Part shown: positions 50,313 through 59,020 of the stretch, piece after piece | Numbering within the stretch: the first letter of the stretch is position 1 | Layout: the number at the start of each line of letters is the position of its first letter | Assembly (NCBI GenBank): GCA_049516875.1 | Contig: JBEKSS010000001.1 | Coordinates: 352,001-416,000, forward strand | Reading direction: 5' to 3' | Source of the DNA: Candidatus Bathyarchaeia archaeon | GTDB lineage: Archaea; Thermoproteota; Bathyarchaeia; Bathyarchaeales; Bathycorpusculaceae | Length of the DNA: 64,000 nucleotides | The notes under the pieces: model-generated | What the model was told of the DNA's origin: nothing | Databases searched by the model: none | Seen by the model: the letters and a program-made list of their open reading frames with translations, nothing else | Program-made: the position numbers and the translations under genes

Positions 50313-50792
50313 TTGACCACGAAAATAAAAATTGATGAGATTGATGTGAACATCATTAGGGCTTTACAGAAGGACGCACGTGCCAATTTTGCAGATATAG
50401 CAAGAAACTGTGACGTGTCAACAGATACCATAAGTAAACGATTCAGAAAGATGAAGAAAGCCAACATTATCAGAGGGACGACGATACTGTTGAACCCAAA
50501 AAGCTTCGGCTATGATTGCGTTGCGAGCTTTGGTATTCGCGTCGATTATCCACACGTAGAGGATGTTGTTGACTTTATCGAAAAGATACCAGAAGTAGTT
50601 TTCTGCAATCCATCTCTGGGCAGACACAACATATTCGCAATAGCAGTACTGAAAAATGTTGGCAGGTTGAGTCAAGTGAAGGAATCCATACAAGGACATC
50701 CCATGGTTAGGGAGGTAGCCGCCAGCATCTGGGTCGATGAGATACTGTTATGTCCAGAAAACTTCGAATTCGAACAGGTAAAAAAGAAGTGA
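50313..50792 (+). CDS. Lrp/AsnC regulator
   Basis: IDEID..II.ALQKDAR..FADIA. Confidence 0.9.
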   Translation: MTTKIKIDEIDVNIIRALQKDARANFADIARNCDVSTDTISKRFRKMKKANIIRGTTILLNPKSFGYDCVASFGIRVDYPHVEDVVDFIEKIPEVVFCNPSLGRHNIFAIAVLKNVGRLSQVKESIQGHPMVREVAASIWVDEILLCPENFEFEQVKKK

Positions 50793-50798
50793 CAAGGA

Positions 50799-51272
50799 AT
50801 GGATAAAATAGACCTTGCTATAATTGATAAGCTAACTGATGATGCTCGCACGTCTTTCAGAGAGATTGCAAAGGAACTTGGTATTTCACCGGACACTGTG
50901 ATAAATAGATATGCTGCACTGCAAAAAGAGGGCGTAATCCGAGGATCCACAATCGTAATCAACCCGAAGAAAGTTGGTTATCAAGCCATGGCCGTATTTA
51001 TGATCGATATCTCGCCTGCACACATCATGGCGACTGAAGTTACTCCAGCCGATTCTTCAATAATCTTAGATAAGCTGATTCAGATGCCAAACATAATCGT
51101 GGCTACAAAGAGTGTTGGAGACCACGACTTATTGGCTATTGGTGTAGCTATAGATTTTGAACATTTGATTAAACTGAGAGATTATATCGCAAAAATACCC
51201 GGTGTTAAAGATATTCAAGTATCATTCTGGGTCGAAAGAACAGAACTTTGCCCCAAATACTTCGTAATTTGA
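50799..51272 (+). CDS. Lrp/AsnC regulator
   Basis: MDKIDLAII..LTDDARTSFREIAKELG. Confidence 0.9.
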   Translation: MDKIDLAIIDKLTDDARTSFREIAKELGISPDTVINRYAALQKEGVIRGSTIVINPKKVGYQAMAVFMIDISPAHIMATEVTPADSSIILDKLIQMPNIIVATKSVGDHDLLAIGVAIDFEHLIKLRDYIAKIPGVKDIQVSFWVERTELCPKYFVI

Positions 51273-51583
51273 GCAATTTGAGCAGAATGTAAGTTGAAAA
51301 CTTGAACCGGTATTTGTACCTTTCTTCATGACCTTAGGTATTTTTTTCTTACTGGTAAACGTATGTTCAATTTTCAACCTCCACCTACAAAATCTCGAAT
51401 TAACCTTCTTTTACTGAAACAAGCCCAACATAAGCCTGAAATTCAAGTGCGGGGGTCGGACCCCCACCCAACTTTACCGGTAAAAATATGTTAAATATAT
51501 GCCTGGCGAAAATTCGATGCTCTACCGAGCTATCAACAAACCCAAGTCACGTGGTCGTTCAACTCTCGTTTTTGAAATGGGGG

Positions 51584-51745
51584 CTAGGGGAAGATTCCCC
51601 TTTCATCTGCAACATCTGTTGCCTTGGAAACAGCGAAAACAAACGCTGCATTTCTCATATCAAGGTTGTAGTTTTTAGCGGTATCCATAATATTATTATA
51701 AGCGGTAGCCATTTTCTTTTGAAGCTTTTCTTTAACTTTCCTTAA
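51584..51745 (-). pseudogene. Glutamate dehydrogenase C-terminal fragment
   Basis: Manual translation KVKEKLQKKMATAYNNIMDTAKNYNLDMRNAAFVFAVSKATDVADERGIFP*. Confidence 0.75.
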
Positions 51746-51801
51746 CAGAAAACTTCAAGGTCATCGCAAAGACTTCTTGGGTAACTTAACTTAGCAGAAC
51801 C

Positions 51802-51974
51802 CCTCTTGTAGGCCAGATTAGACTGCACAGAATTTTGATTGTCGTGGATTTTCCCGCACCGTTTGGACCTAGAAAACCAACTCAGTGCCCACTGTCTATT
51901 TTCAAACTCAAATCGTTGGGAGCCAGAATCTTACCATAGTATTTGGTTAAACCTTCCGTGACTATAGCTTCCAT
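51802..51974 (-). pseudogene. ABC ATPase, N-terminal part of the split gene
   Basis: MEAIVTEGLTKYYG...[28 protein letters not shown], with an internal TGA. Confidence 0.82.
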
Positions 51975-52103
51975 GAACCCGTCTCCAAACCATAGTTGAT
52001 CTTGCACCGATAAATGGTTAAGTCTTGGCTAGTAGACCATGGAACATATAAATGTTTATTTTCTGCCTAACAATAGCGTTTGCAAGTCAAAGGAAAAAAT
52101 CAA

Positions 52104-52892
52104 ATGAACAGCTTTGCCCGTAAAAAACTCATTCGAGAATACTATTCAAAAAGATCCAAGGATTATGATCGGCAGAAAAGCAGAACTTGGAAGTCGAGTC
52201 AAGGTTTTGGAAATGAAGTTTTTGACGAACTGCTAACGGCTTTGAAAGGGTTTAGAAACAGACTCCTGCTGGAAGTAGGCGTGGGAAGTGGCAGAAACGC
52301 GTTACCCCTGCTTGAAAAAGTCAAACCGCAGCTTATAGGACTGGACCTGTCAAAGGAAATGCTGAAACATGCAAAAACAAAAATGTCCTCCTTCAAAGAC
52401 TGTCTTGACTTGATCCTGGCTGACGGCGAACATTTGCCTTTTGTGAACCATGCTTTTGATGCGCTCATCTGCATGAGCACGATGCACTATTTCGCGTCTC
52501 CGGCGAGAGTCCTACAGAGATTCAGAAACGCGCTCAAAGAAAACGGAACGCTTGTGTACGGGGATTTGACAGTTCACGAAACGGATAATCAAGGATTCTT
52601 TGAAGGACTAGAGAGAACCCTGTCTAAAGCCCATACAAGATACTATAAACCATCACAGATAAAGACGCTCATTAAGAAACAAGGACTCCACATATCAAAG
52701 ATGAAAACGGTTGCCTACCGAAAAACCTACAGCGCTTTAATGGAAGACAAGGGACAGTACTTCAGAGTCACGCCCGAAACGCTTCACAAGTACATAGGAG
52801 GAGCCAACGCAGAGTCAAAGGAACAATATACATTAACCAGCACGGAGATGACCCTGTTTTACACGGTGATCACAACGAAAAAAGAAAACTGA
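52104..52892 (+). CDS. Class I SAM methyltransferase
   Basis: LEVGVGSGR, GLDLSKEML, LPF...FD. Confidence 0.85.
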   Translation: MNSFARKKLIREYYSKRSKDYDRQKSRTWKSSQGFGNEVFDELLTALKGFRNRLLLEVGVGSGRNALPLLEKVKPQLIGLDLSKEMLKHAKTKMSSFKDCLDLILADGEHLPFVNHAFDALICMSTMHYFASPARVLQRFRNALKENGTLVYGDLTVHETDNQGFFEGLERTLSKAHTRYYKPSQIKTLIKKQGLHISKMKTVAYRKTYSALMEDKGQYFRVTPETLHKYIGGANAESKEQYTLTSTEMTLFYTVITTKKEN

Positions 52893-52906
52893 AACCACGT
52901 GATCCT

Positions 52907-53974
52907 ATGAAAAAGTCAGCATGCATCAAAACTCCTAAGCAAGACGGTGAGAAAACCCTAACCCTAGCCAACAAGCTCGGAATGATCAACAAAGACTTAG
53001 AAATTCAACGAGACGAAAAATTCATCTACATCCCACTGACCAAGCGGCCATCAACGGAAGAAATGAAAATTCTCAAACAACAAGTGGCAGGCTGCAAAGT
53101 TTCAGTTCACTCTTTTCCAGAAAGAAAGAAACCGAGAATGTCACTTGCTCAGCTTCTTGAGGATAAGCTTCCACCACATCTGTTGGCCAGCTTGCCCCGC
53201 GCCATAGACTTCGTCGGCGACATAGCCATAGTTGAGGTTCCTCCGGAGCTTGACGCGTACAAACCTGCCATCGGCGAGGCAATTTTGAAAACGAACCGAA
53301 AAGTGGGCACGGTGCTTGCCAAGGCGGGAGCAGTGGGCGGGACCTACCGTTTAAGGGAGTTCACCGTAATAGCAGGCGAACCCAAAACCGAGACCATCCA
53401 CAAGGAATACGGATGCCAGTACTATGTGGACGTAGCCAAAGCCTTCTTTTCGCCGCGACTTTCATTCGAACATCGCAGAGTAGCATCGCTGATAGAGGAA
53501 GGCGAGACAGTTGTTGACTTATTCGCAGGAGTTGGACCTTTCTCGATACAAATCGCCAGAAATCATCAAAACGCAACAGTCTATGCTGTGGATGTGAACC
53601 CAGACGCAGTTGAATGTCTCAAGAAGAACATAAGGATCAACAGGGTCACGGGCAGGGTTCATCCCATCCTGGGAAATGCGAGACAAGTCGTCAAGAACAG
53701 GCTTTCTGGCGTTGCTGACCGTGCAATCATGAATCTGCCTGAAAAAGCCATCGAGTTTGTCGATGTAGCCTGCGAAACCATCAAGCCTTCAGGAGGTAAA
53801 GTGCACTTCTACGGCTTCGTCAACAAGCCTGATTCTTTAGAAAACCTCAAGGATCTCTTTGCGGACGCTGTTAAAAAGTCTGGAAGATATGTAGAGAAAA
53901 CATCGTTTTCGAGACTTGTCCGTGAGACAGCCCCGTACGAGTGGCAAGCAGTCTTAGACGTCAGAATCTGTTAG
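52907..53974 (+). CDS. Trm5/TYW2-family tRNA methyltransferase
   Basis: FFSPRLS.EH.R, DLFAGVGPF, DVNPDA, IMNLP. Confidence 0.9.
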   Translation: MKKSACIKTPKQDGEKTLTLANKLGMINKDLEIQRDEKFIYIPLTKRPSTEEMKILKQQVAGCKVSVHSFPERKKPRMSLAQLLEDKLPPHLLASLPRAIDFVGDIAIVEVPPELDAYKPAIGEAILKTNRKVGTVLAKAGAVGGTYRLREFTVIAGEPKTETIHKEYGCQYYVDVAKAFFSPRLSFEHRRVASLIEEGETVVDLFAGVGPFSIQIARNHQNATVYAVDVNPDAVECLKKNIRINRVTGRVHPILGNARQVVKNRLSGVADRAIMNLPEKAIEFVDVACETIKPSGGKVHFYGFVNKPDSLENLKDLFADAVKKSGRYVEKTSFSRLVRETAPYEWQAVLDVRIC

Positions 53975-54063
53975 CCCTCCAGTTTAGGACGTTGGAATCG
54001 CACGATTTCAAATGGCCACTCACGTACATGTTGAATGGCTGAAAACTCGCCTGTGAGCACATG

Positions 54064-54498
54064 TCAGGCTTCTACTGTCAGTGTGATTTTTGCTTTCTGT
54101 GCTGGGTTCTTGAGTTTCTGGATGAGACTTCTTGACAAGTCGGCTGCTGCTTTGTCTGCCTTGACCGCCAACGTTCGGCTGCAAATGTAGCCACTTTTCC
54201 TCACAACCATCTCAGTCGGATGAACTAAGGTTAGATGTGCACTTCCAAAGGCATTCACCACTTCGGCTATTCCTCCCGCTTCGACAAGAATAGTCAGTCG
54301 AGCATTTTCTCTGCGCAGTTTTTCTTTGAACTCGGTGCTCAGATTGGGCATAGCTTTGTCTGCTGACACCGCGACGATGCAGTCGCCTCTTCTTGACAGA
54401 TCATCGTTTTTTGTGAATTCCAAGGTTGTCGGATGAATGGCTTGAATGTTCCTGTGCCCTTTGGCAAATATGACTTCTTTCAATTCGGCAGCGGGCAA
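54064..54498 (-). CDS. DUF371 family protein
   Basis: AKGH.NI.A.HPTTLEFTK...GDCIVAV.ADK. Confidence 0.85.
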   Translation of the reverse strand: MPAAELKEVIFAKGHRNIQAIHPTTLEFTKNDDLSRRGDCIVAVSADKAMPNLSTEFKEKLRRENARLTILVEAGGIAEVVNAFGSAHLTLVHPTEMVVRKSGYICSRTLAVKADKAAADLSRSLIQKLKNPAQKAKITLTVEA

Positions 54499-54499
54499 A

Positions 54500-55465
54500 T
54501 TATTCTAGAACCTCTATTGAGTCGACTTTTCCGTCGCCGTTCAGGTCAAAGCCCTGAATGACCTTTGCGTAGGACTCCTCCCCGCTGTAGCCTTTCAGAG
54601 TTTTCTGCCAGTAGTCTGTCAGTGCTAGCACGCAGGCCTTCGTGCCCACCGCCTTGTTCCCGGCTAAAACTATAACTCGCTTGTTCCTGTCCCACGGGTT
54701 GACAACTTTTGCCACGACTCCGACCGCATCTTCCGTGTAAACGCGTCCAGTTTTTTTGGAGATTAAACCGCCAAGAAGGAAGCCTTCCTCTGAAGCTCGC
54801 ATGTTAAACCTGATAGGCAGACACTCGTTTACTTCTTCTGCAAGCAGGTTCGTTCCAGGCCCCCCTACGAGTATCAGGTTGTTTCTTTCCTCCTTCTCAG
54901 CCTTAACGTCTACATCGAGTTTTATCGCGAAGTCTTCAGGGGGCTTAACGAACTGCCCCAGAAAGAAGGCTAGATGAGAAGCGTAGTGGCCATCTCTCGC
55001 GCTTGTTTTGAACGGCCCGTGCGGTGTTGGACTGCCCACAACTATTTTCCCATCAAACGTCCCGTCTTTCCTTACGAACTCTCTAAAGAATTTCTGGATT
55101 TGTTCTTCCATGCCCAACAGTGAGAGTTTCTTAATCGTTCTGTACTCCCGTGGAAGCTCGATTCCAAACGCTGGCGCGGCTACCTTGTAATACTTGGCTA
55201 TTGCCCCCTTTTTCTCCTCTTCTCTTGCTACGATTATGGCTCCTGCCCTGAAGAGTTTTCTGATGTGATAGTAGACCTTCTGCTCATGGATGCCCAGTTT
55301 TCTGGCTATTTCCAGAGGGTACATCTCCTTTTCAGAAAGCATGATCAATATTTTCCAACTTAGCGCGTTCAAGATTAGCTTGAGCTTCTGCGGGTCATTG
55401 ACTAACGCTATGTCTTTGACCATCTGTGTCTGATTATCTTCGCGAAGCAGCAGGCTTTTGTCCAA
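54500..55465 (-). CDS. ArsR-like HTH protein fused to an S-layer-like C-terminal domain
   Basis: YPLEIARKLGIHEQKVYYHIRKL; NLILVGGPGTN; divergent from glmS. Confidence 0.75.
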   Translation of the reverse strand: MDKSLLLREDNQTQMVKDIALVNDPQKLKLILNALSWKILIMLSEKEMYPLEIARKLGIHEQKVYYHIRKLFRAGAIIVAREEEKKGAIAKYYKVAAPAFGIELPREYRTIKKLSLLGMEEQIQKFFREFVRKDGTFDGKIVVGSPTPHGPFKTSARDGHYASHLAFFLGQFVKPPEDFAIKLDVDVKAEKEERNNLILVGGPGTNLLAEEVNECLPIRFNMRASEEGFLLGGLISKKTGRVYTEDAVGVVAKVVNPWDRNKRVIVLAGNKAVGTKACVLALTDYWQKTLKGYSGEESYAKVIQGFDLNGDGKVDSIEVLE

Positions 55466-55727
55466 GGTTGTTCCTAACCATAAACGCACATCCATTATTA
55501 AAAATTTTGTTATGGTAAGCGCATAGGAAGCTCACTTGAGTTCCGAGCACGGCAAAAGACCATTATGGAATATTTTTTAACACTCCTCGAGAATTCATGA
55601 TAGTCACTGAATTAAGTTATGGAAAAACCTTGTAAACCATTTTTAGAGCTAAAAGATTTCTCCTAAAAATGCTTATTAGAGCAACAGTCATCGAATTGTG
55701 GTCATCAATAAGCATTGAGGTCTAGAG

Positions 55728-57557
55728 ATGTGCGGCATATTCGGTTGCGTCTTAAAAGAAGGAAACGCTGCGCCGCTGATACACGCAGCTTTGAAAAGAC
55801 TTGAGTACCGTGGCTACGACTCAGTTGGCATAGTCACCCTACATGACGGCAAACTCTACATGAAGAAAGACCAGGGAAAAATAGATGACGTCCACAGAAT
55901 TCACAATTTGGACAATTTGCCGGGCAGCTTGGGCATTGGGCATACAAGATGGGCAACACACGGCGCCCCTCTGCAAGTTAACGCCCATCCTCACGTTGAT
56001 TGCAGCGGACGGATAGCCGTTGTTCACAACGGCATCATAGAGAATTTTGCCGAATTGAAAACGGAGCTTGAGAATCGCGGGCACGTTTTTAAGTCCAAAA
56101 CCGACACAGAAGTGATATCCCACCTCATCGAGGAAAGCCTCAAGAACAACCCCAACCTGAGCCTCGAGAACGCCGTTCTAGAAGCGGTAAAAAGGCTTGA
56201 CGGGTCATATGCAATCGCCGTCGTCTCCACGAGCGAGCCCAGCAAGATAATCTGCGCCAGAAATGAAAGCCCACTCGTAATCGGAGTCAACCAGGGCGCG
56301 GTCTACTTTGGTTCCGACATTCCAGCGTTCCTGCCCTTGACAGACAAGGCAATTGTTGTTGACGACGGTGAACTTGTCATGCTTTCACTGGAAGGAGTGG
56401 AAATCAAGAAGATTGCTGACTCAAAAGTTGTTAAGCGCGAGCCGAAAATCATCGATTGGACCCCTGAAATGGCGGTCAAACAAGGCTATCCGCACTTCAT
56501 GATTAAAGAGATCCATGAACAGGCCGAATGCTTAAGAAACACGCTGAGGGTACAGGAGCACTACGCTGATCTGATGGCTACTTTTCTTGACCGTGCACGA
56601 GAAGTGTACCTGGTCGCATGCGGAACATCTTATCATACTTGCTATGCGGCCTCGTACATGTTCTCCAAACTTGCTTTCTTGCCAACCTATCCAGTCATAG
56701 CCTCTGAGTTCACAGAACAGCACGGCAAGTCCGTCAACATCGACAGCACCATCTTAGCCGTGAGTCAATCAGGCGAAACCGCGGACACCTTGGCTGCGGT
56801 GAACACCGCCAGGCAAAGGGCAGCAACGATTCTAGGATTGACTAACGCCATCGGTTCAACGTTAACGCGGGTTGCGCGAGTCTACATCGGCCAACAGTCA
56901 GGCCCAGAAATCGGAGTGGCTGCAACCAAAACATTCACGTCGCAACTTTCAGTCATGGCTCAGCTGGCCCTGAGACTTGCAAAGAAAAGAGGCAAGGTTT
57001 CACAGGACGAGATGGACTATTTGGCCGAAAGACTGTGCAAACTGCCGGACACGGTGCAAACGATAATTGACACACAGGAAGAAAAGGCGAAACGAATAGC
57101 GAAAAAATACAAGGACAAGAAAGATTTCTTCTTCCTCGGACGTGGAATCAGCACGGCAACGGCTTTTGAAGGCAGGCTTAAACTAATGGAAATAGCCTAC
57201 GCGCCTGCAATAGCCTTTCCAGCAGGAGAAAGCAAACACGGCCCGATAAGCCTCATAGAACCGGGTTTCCCAGTGGTGTTCGTGTGTCCAAACGATGATA
57301 CCCATAAAACGTTGATAGGCAACATAATGGAAATGAAAGCCCGAGGAGCCTCAATAATCGCCGTCGTAGAAGAGGGAGATGAAGAAGTCAAAAGCCTCGT
57401 TGATGATTACATGGAAGTGCCTAAGGGCATTCCAGAGGTGCTCTCCCCGATAGCGTTCATCGTCCCACTTCAGCTGATGGCATACTACATGGCTGTTGAA
57501 AGAGGCTACAACCCAGACATGCCTAGAAACCTAGCAAAATCAGTCACGGTGAAATAG
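55728..57557 (+). CDS. glmS: Glutamine-fructose-6-phosphate aminotransferase
   Basis: MCGIFG, GHTRWATHG, SQSGETAD, PRNLAKSVTV. Confidence 0.97.
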   Translation: MCGIFGCVLKEGNAAPLIHAALKRLEYRGYDSVGIVTLHDGKLYMKKDQGKIDDVHRIHNLDNLPGSLGIGHTRWATHGAPLQVNAHPHVDCSGRIAVVHNGIIENFAELKTELENRGHVFKSKTDTEVISHLIEESLKNNPNLSLENAVLEAVKRLDGSYAIAVVSTSEPSKIICARNESPLVIGVNQGAVYFGSDIPAFLPLTDKAIVVDDGELVMLSLEGVEIKKIADSKVVKREPKIIDWTPEMAVKQGYPHFMIKEIHEQAECLRNTLRVQEHYADLMATFLDRAREVYLVACGTSYHTCYAASYMFSKLAFLPTYPVIASEFTEQHGKSVNIDSTILAVSQSGETADTLAAVNTARQRAATILGLTNAIGSTLTRVARVYIGQQSGPEIGVAATKTFTSQLSVMAQLALRLAKKRGKVSQDEMDYLAERLCKLPDTVQTIIDTQEEKAKRIAKKYKDKKDFFFLGRGISTATAFEGRLKLMEIAYAPAIAFPAGESKHGPISLIEPGFPVVFVCPNDDTHKTLIGNIMEMKARGASIIAVVEEGDEEVKSLVDDYMEVPKGIPEVLSPIAFIVPLQLMAYYMAVERGYNPDMPRNLAKSVTVK

Positions 57558-57737
57558 CCAACCCAACACTGATATAAGCTCGTCAGACCAGCTTCCTAGT
57601 CAAGGTGAGAAGGCTTGGAAGGATGACAAAAACTGCTGAGGTTCGATCCCCTGCCTCAGCTCCTCTCCTCGAAAAACGGTGCAATCGTGTTCTTTGCAAA
57701 CCGCGACCTGCTAAATGTCACGGAAGGTTCTTTAGAG

Positions 57738-58010
57738 TCATTGTGGAAACTGCCGCCACGCCTGTACGATGCATCTTGAAATGTCGTCTTGAGCGATTGG
57801 TTTCTGACGCAAGTATGTCTCGGCGTTTTTCAATCTGGAAGCAATCTTCAATGGTTCACCGTACATTCCTATGCCCATCCTCGTTAATCTCAACGTGGCG
57901 GCTAACCCCTCATACTCTGGCTTCTCAAGAATCAACTCTTCAAGAAGATCAAGTCTGCGGATTATCTGGTCAAGTTTCTTGCTCAGCTCTTCTGCACTGG
58001 AAGCAAAGTT
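57738..58010 (-). pseudogene. Probably truncated coiled-coil/HTH-type hypothetical gene
   Basis: [19 protein letters not shown]...[10 protein letters not shown] then abrupt end. Confidence 0.4.
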
Positions 58011-58275
58011 CTCTTTCCGGCTCAAATTCTTCCTGCTTCTCAAATGTGATTGATTTACATAGTTATTCCATTGTTTAAATGGTTGACTACACAAAAATGT
58101 CCCAAGCATAACAGACGTTCCCGGCGCAATCATCAATTCATGTCAACAACAGCTTTTGTCAATGAAAAAATCTGTTTTGAAGACTCAACGTAGCGTTGTT
58201 TCTTATTCTGCGTCTTATTTTCAAATGCAAATGTGTTAATAACTCAGTTCGTGAATGTCTATTATGGTGCTTCAA

Positions 58276-58982
58276 GTGGAAGGAAGTGAGTGGGAGAAAC
58301 TCATTCAAAACCTGACGAGGGAAGGCATCCTGCGGTCTCCGAAGGTGATCGAAGCAATGCGCTCCGTTCCGAGGGGAAAATTCCTCCCAGAAAACATGCG
58401 TTCCTACAGCGCGACGGACACGCCGCTTCCGATTGGTTTCGGGCAGACGGCTTCGGCGCCACATAGCCTCGGCGCAGCTCCGAGACTAGGCGAAACATGG
58501 TTTCAATCATGAATGAAGCCCTGCAGTTGGAAGTAGGCCACAAAGTGTTCGAAGTCGGAGCGGGTTCAGGCTGGCACGCCGCCACGATAGCGGAGCTTGT
58601 TGCGCCTAGCGGCGCTCCAAGAAGCGAATACGGCCACGTCTACACAATGGAAATCGTTCAGGACTTGGCAGATTTTGCAAGAAAAAACATCATGAAAGCG
58701 GGGTACGGCGACCGCGTGACGATAATCAGCGGCGACGGCTCACTGGGTTACCCAGAAAAGGCCCCCTATGACAAGATATTAGTGACGGCTGCGGCCCCAG
58801 ATATTCCGAAACCGCTCATCGACCAGTTAAAATCGGGCGGCATCATGCTAATCCCAGTTGGGAACGCATCTCTGTTCCAAAACCTGATGAAAATCACTAA
58901 AACAGACGCAAAAATCAAGCAGGAAAACCTGGGGGGAGTGGCCTTCGTACCACTCGTAGGAAAACACGGCCACAGATTTTAG
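58276..58982 (+). CDS. pcm: Protein-L-isoaspartate O-methyltransferase, interrupted by a 32-nt intron-like insert
   Basis: PLPIGFGQTASAPH / MVSIM..ALQL...EVGAGSGW...GDGSLG...APYDKI.VTAAA; removing 58463-58494 gives one 224-aa frame. Confidence 0.92.
58463..58494 (+). other. Candidate BHB-type mRNA intron
   Basis: Helix CGCC/GGCG, bulges ACA and AAA, inner stem TAGCCTCGG/CCGAGACTA. Confidence 0.8.
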
Positions 58983-59020
58983 CGAAACTCTGAGTTCTTT
59001 TCTTCCAAATGGACGTATGA

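Larger units (their letters stand above)
44720..51801. mobile_element. 7.1-kb non-autonomous inserted element with target-site duplication and degenerate terminal inverted repeats
   Basis: CCTCTTGTAG at 44711-44720 and 51802-51811; ends GATACTGTCCACTTAA and (reverse) GGTTCTGCTAAGTTAA; flanks rejoin into one ABC ATPase frame. Confidence 0.8.

Noticed and set aside
57635-57660. tRNA or tRNA-derived att site (GGTTCGATCCC)
   Set aside because: Only a T-loop-like string within a 7-bp hairpin; no cloverleaf can be built
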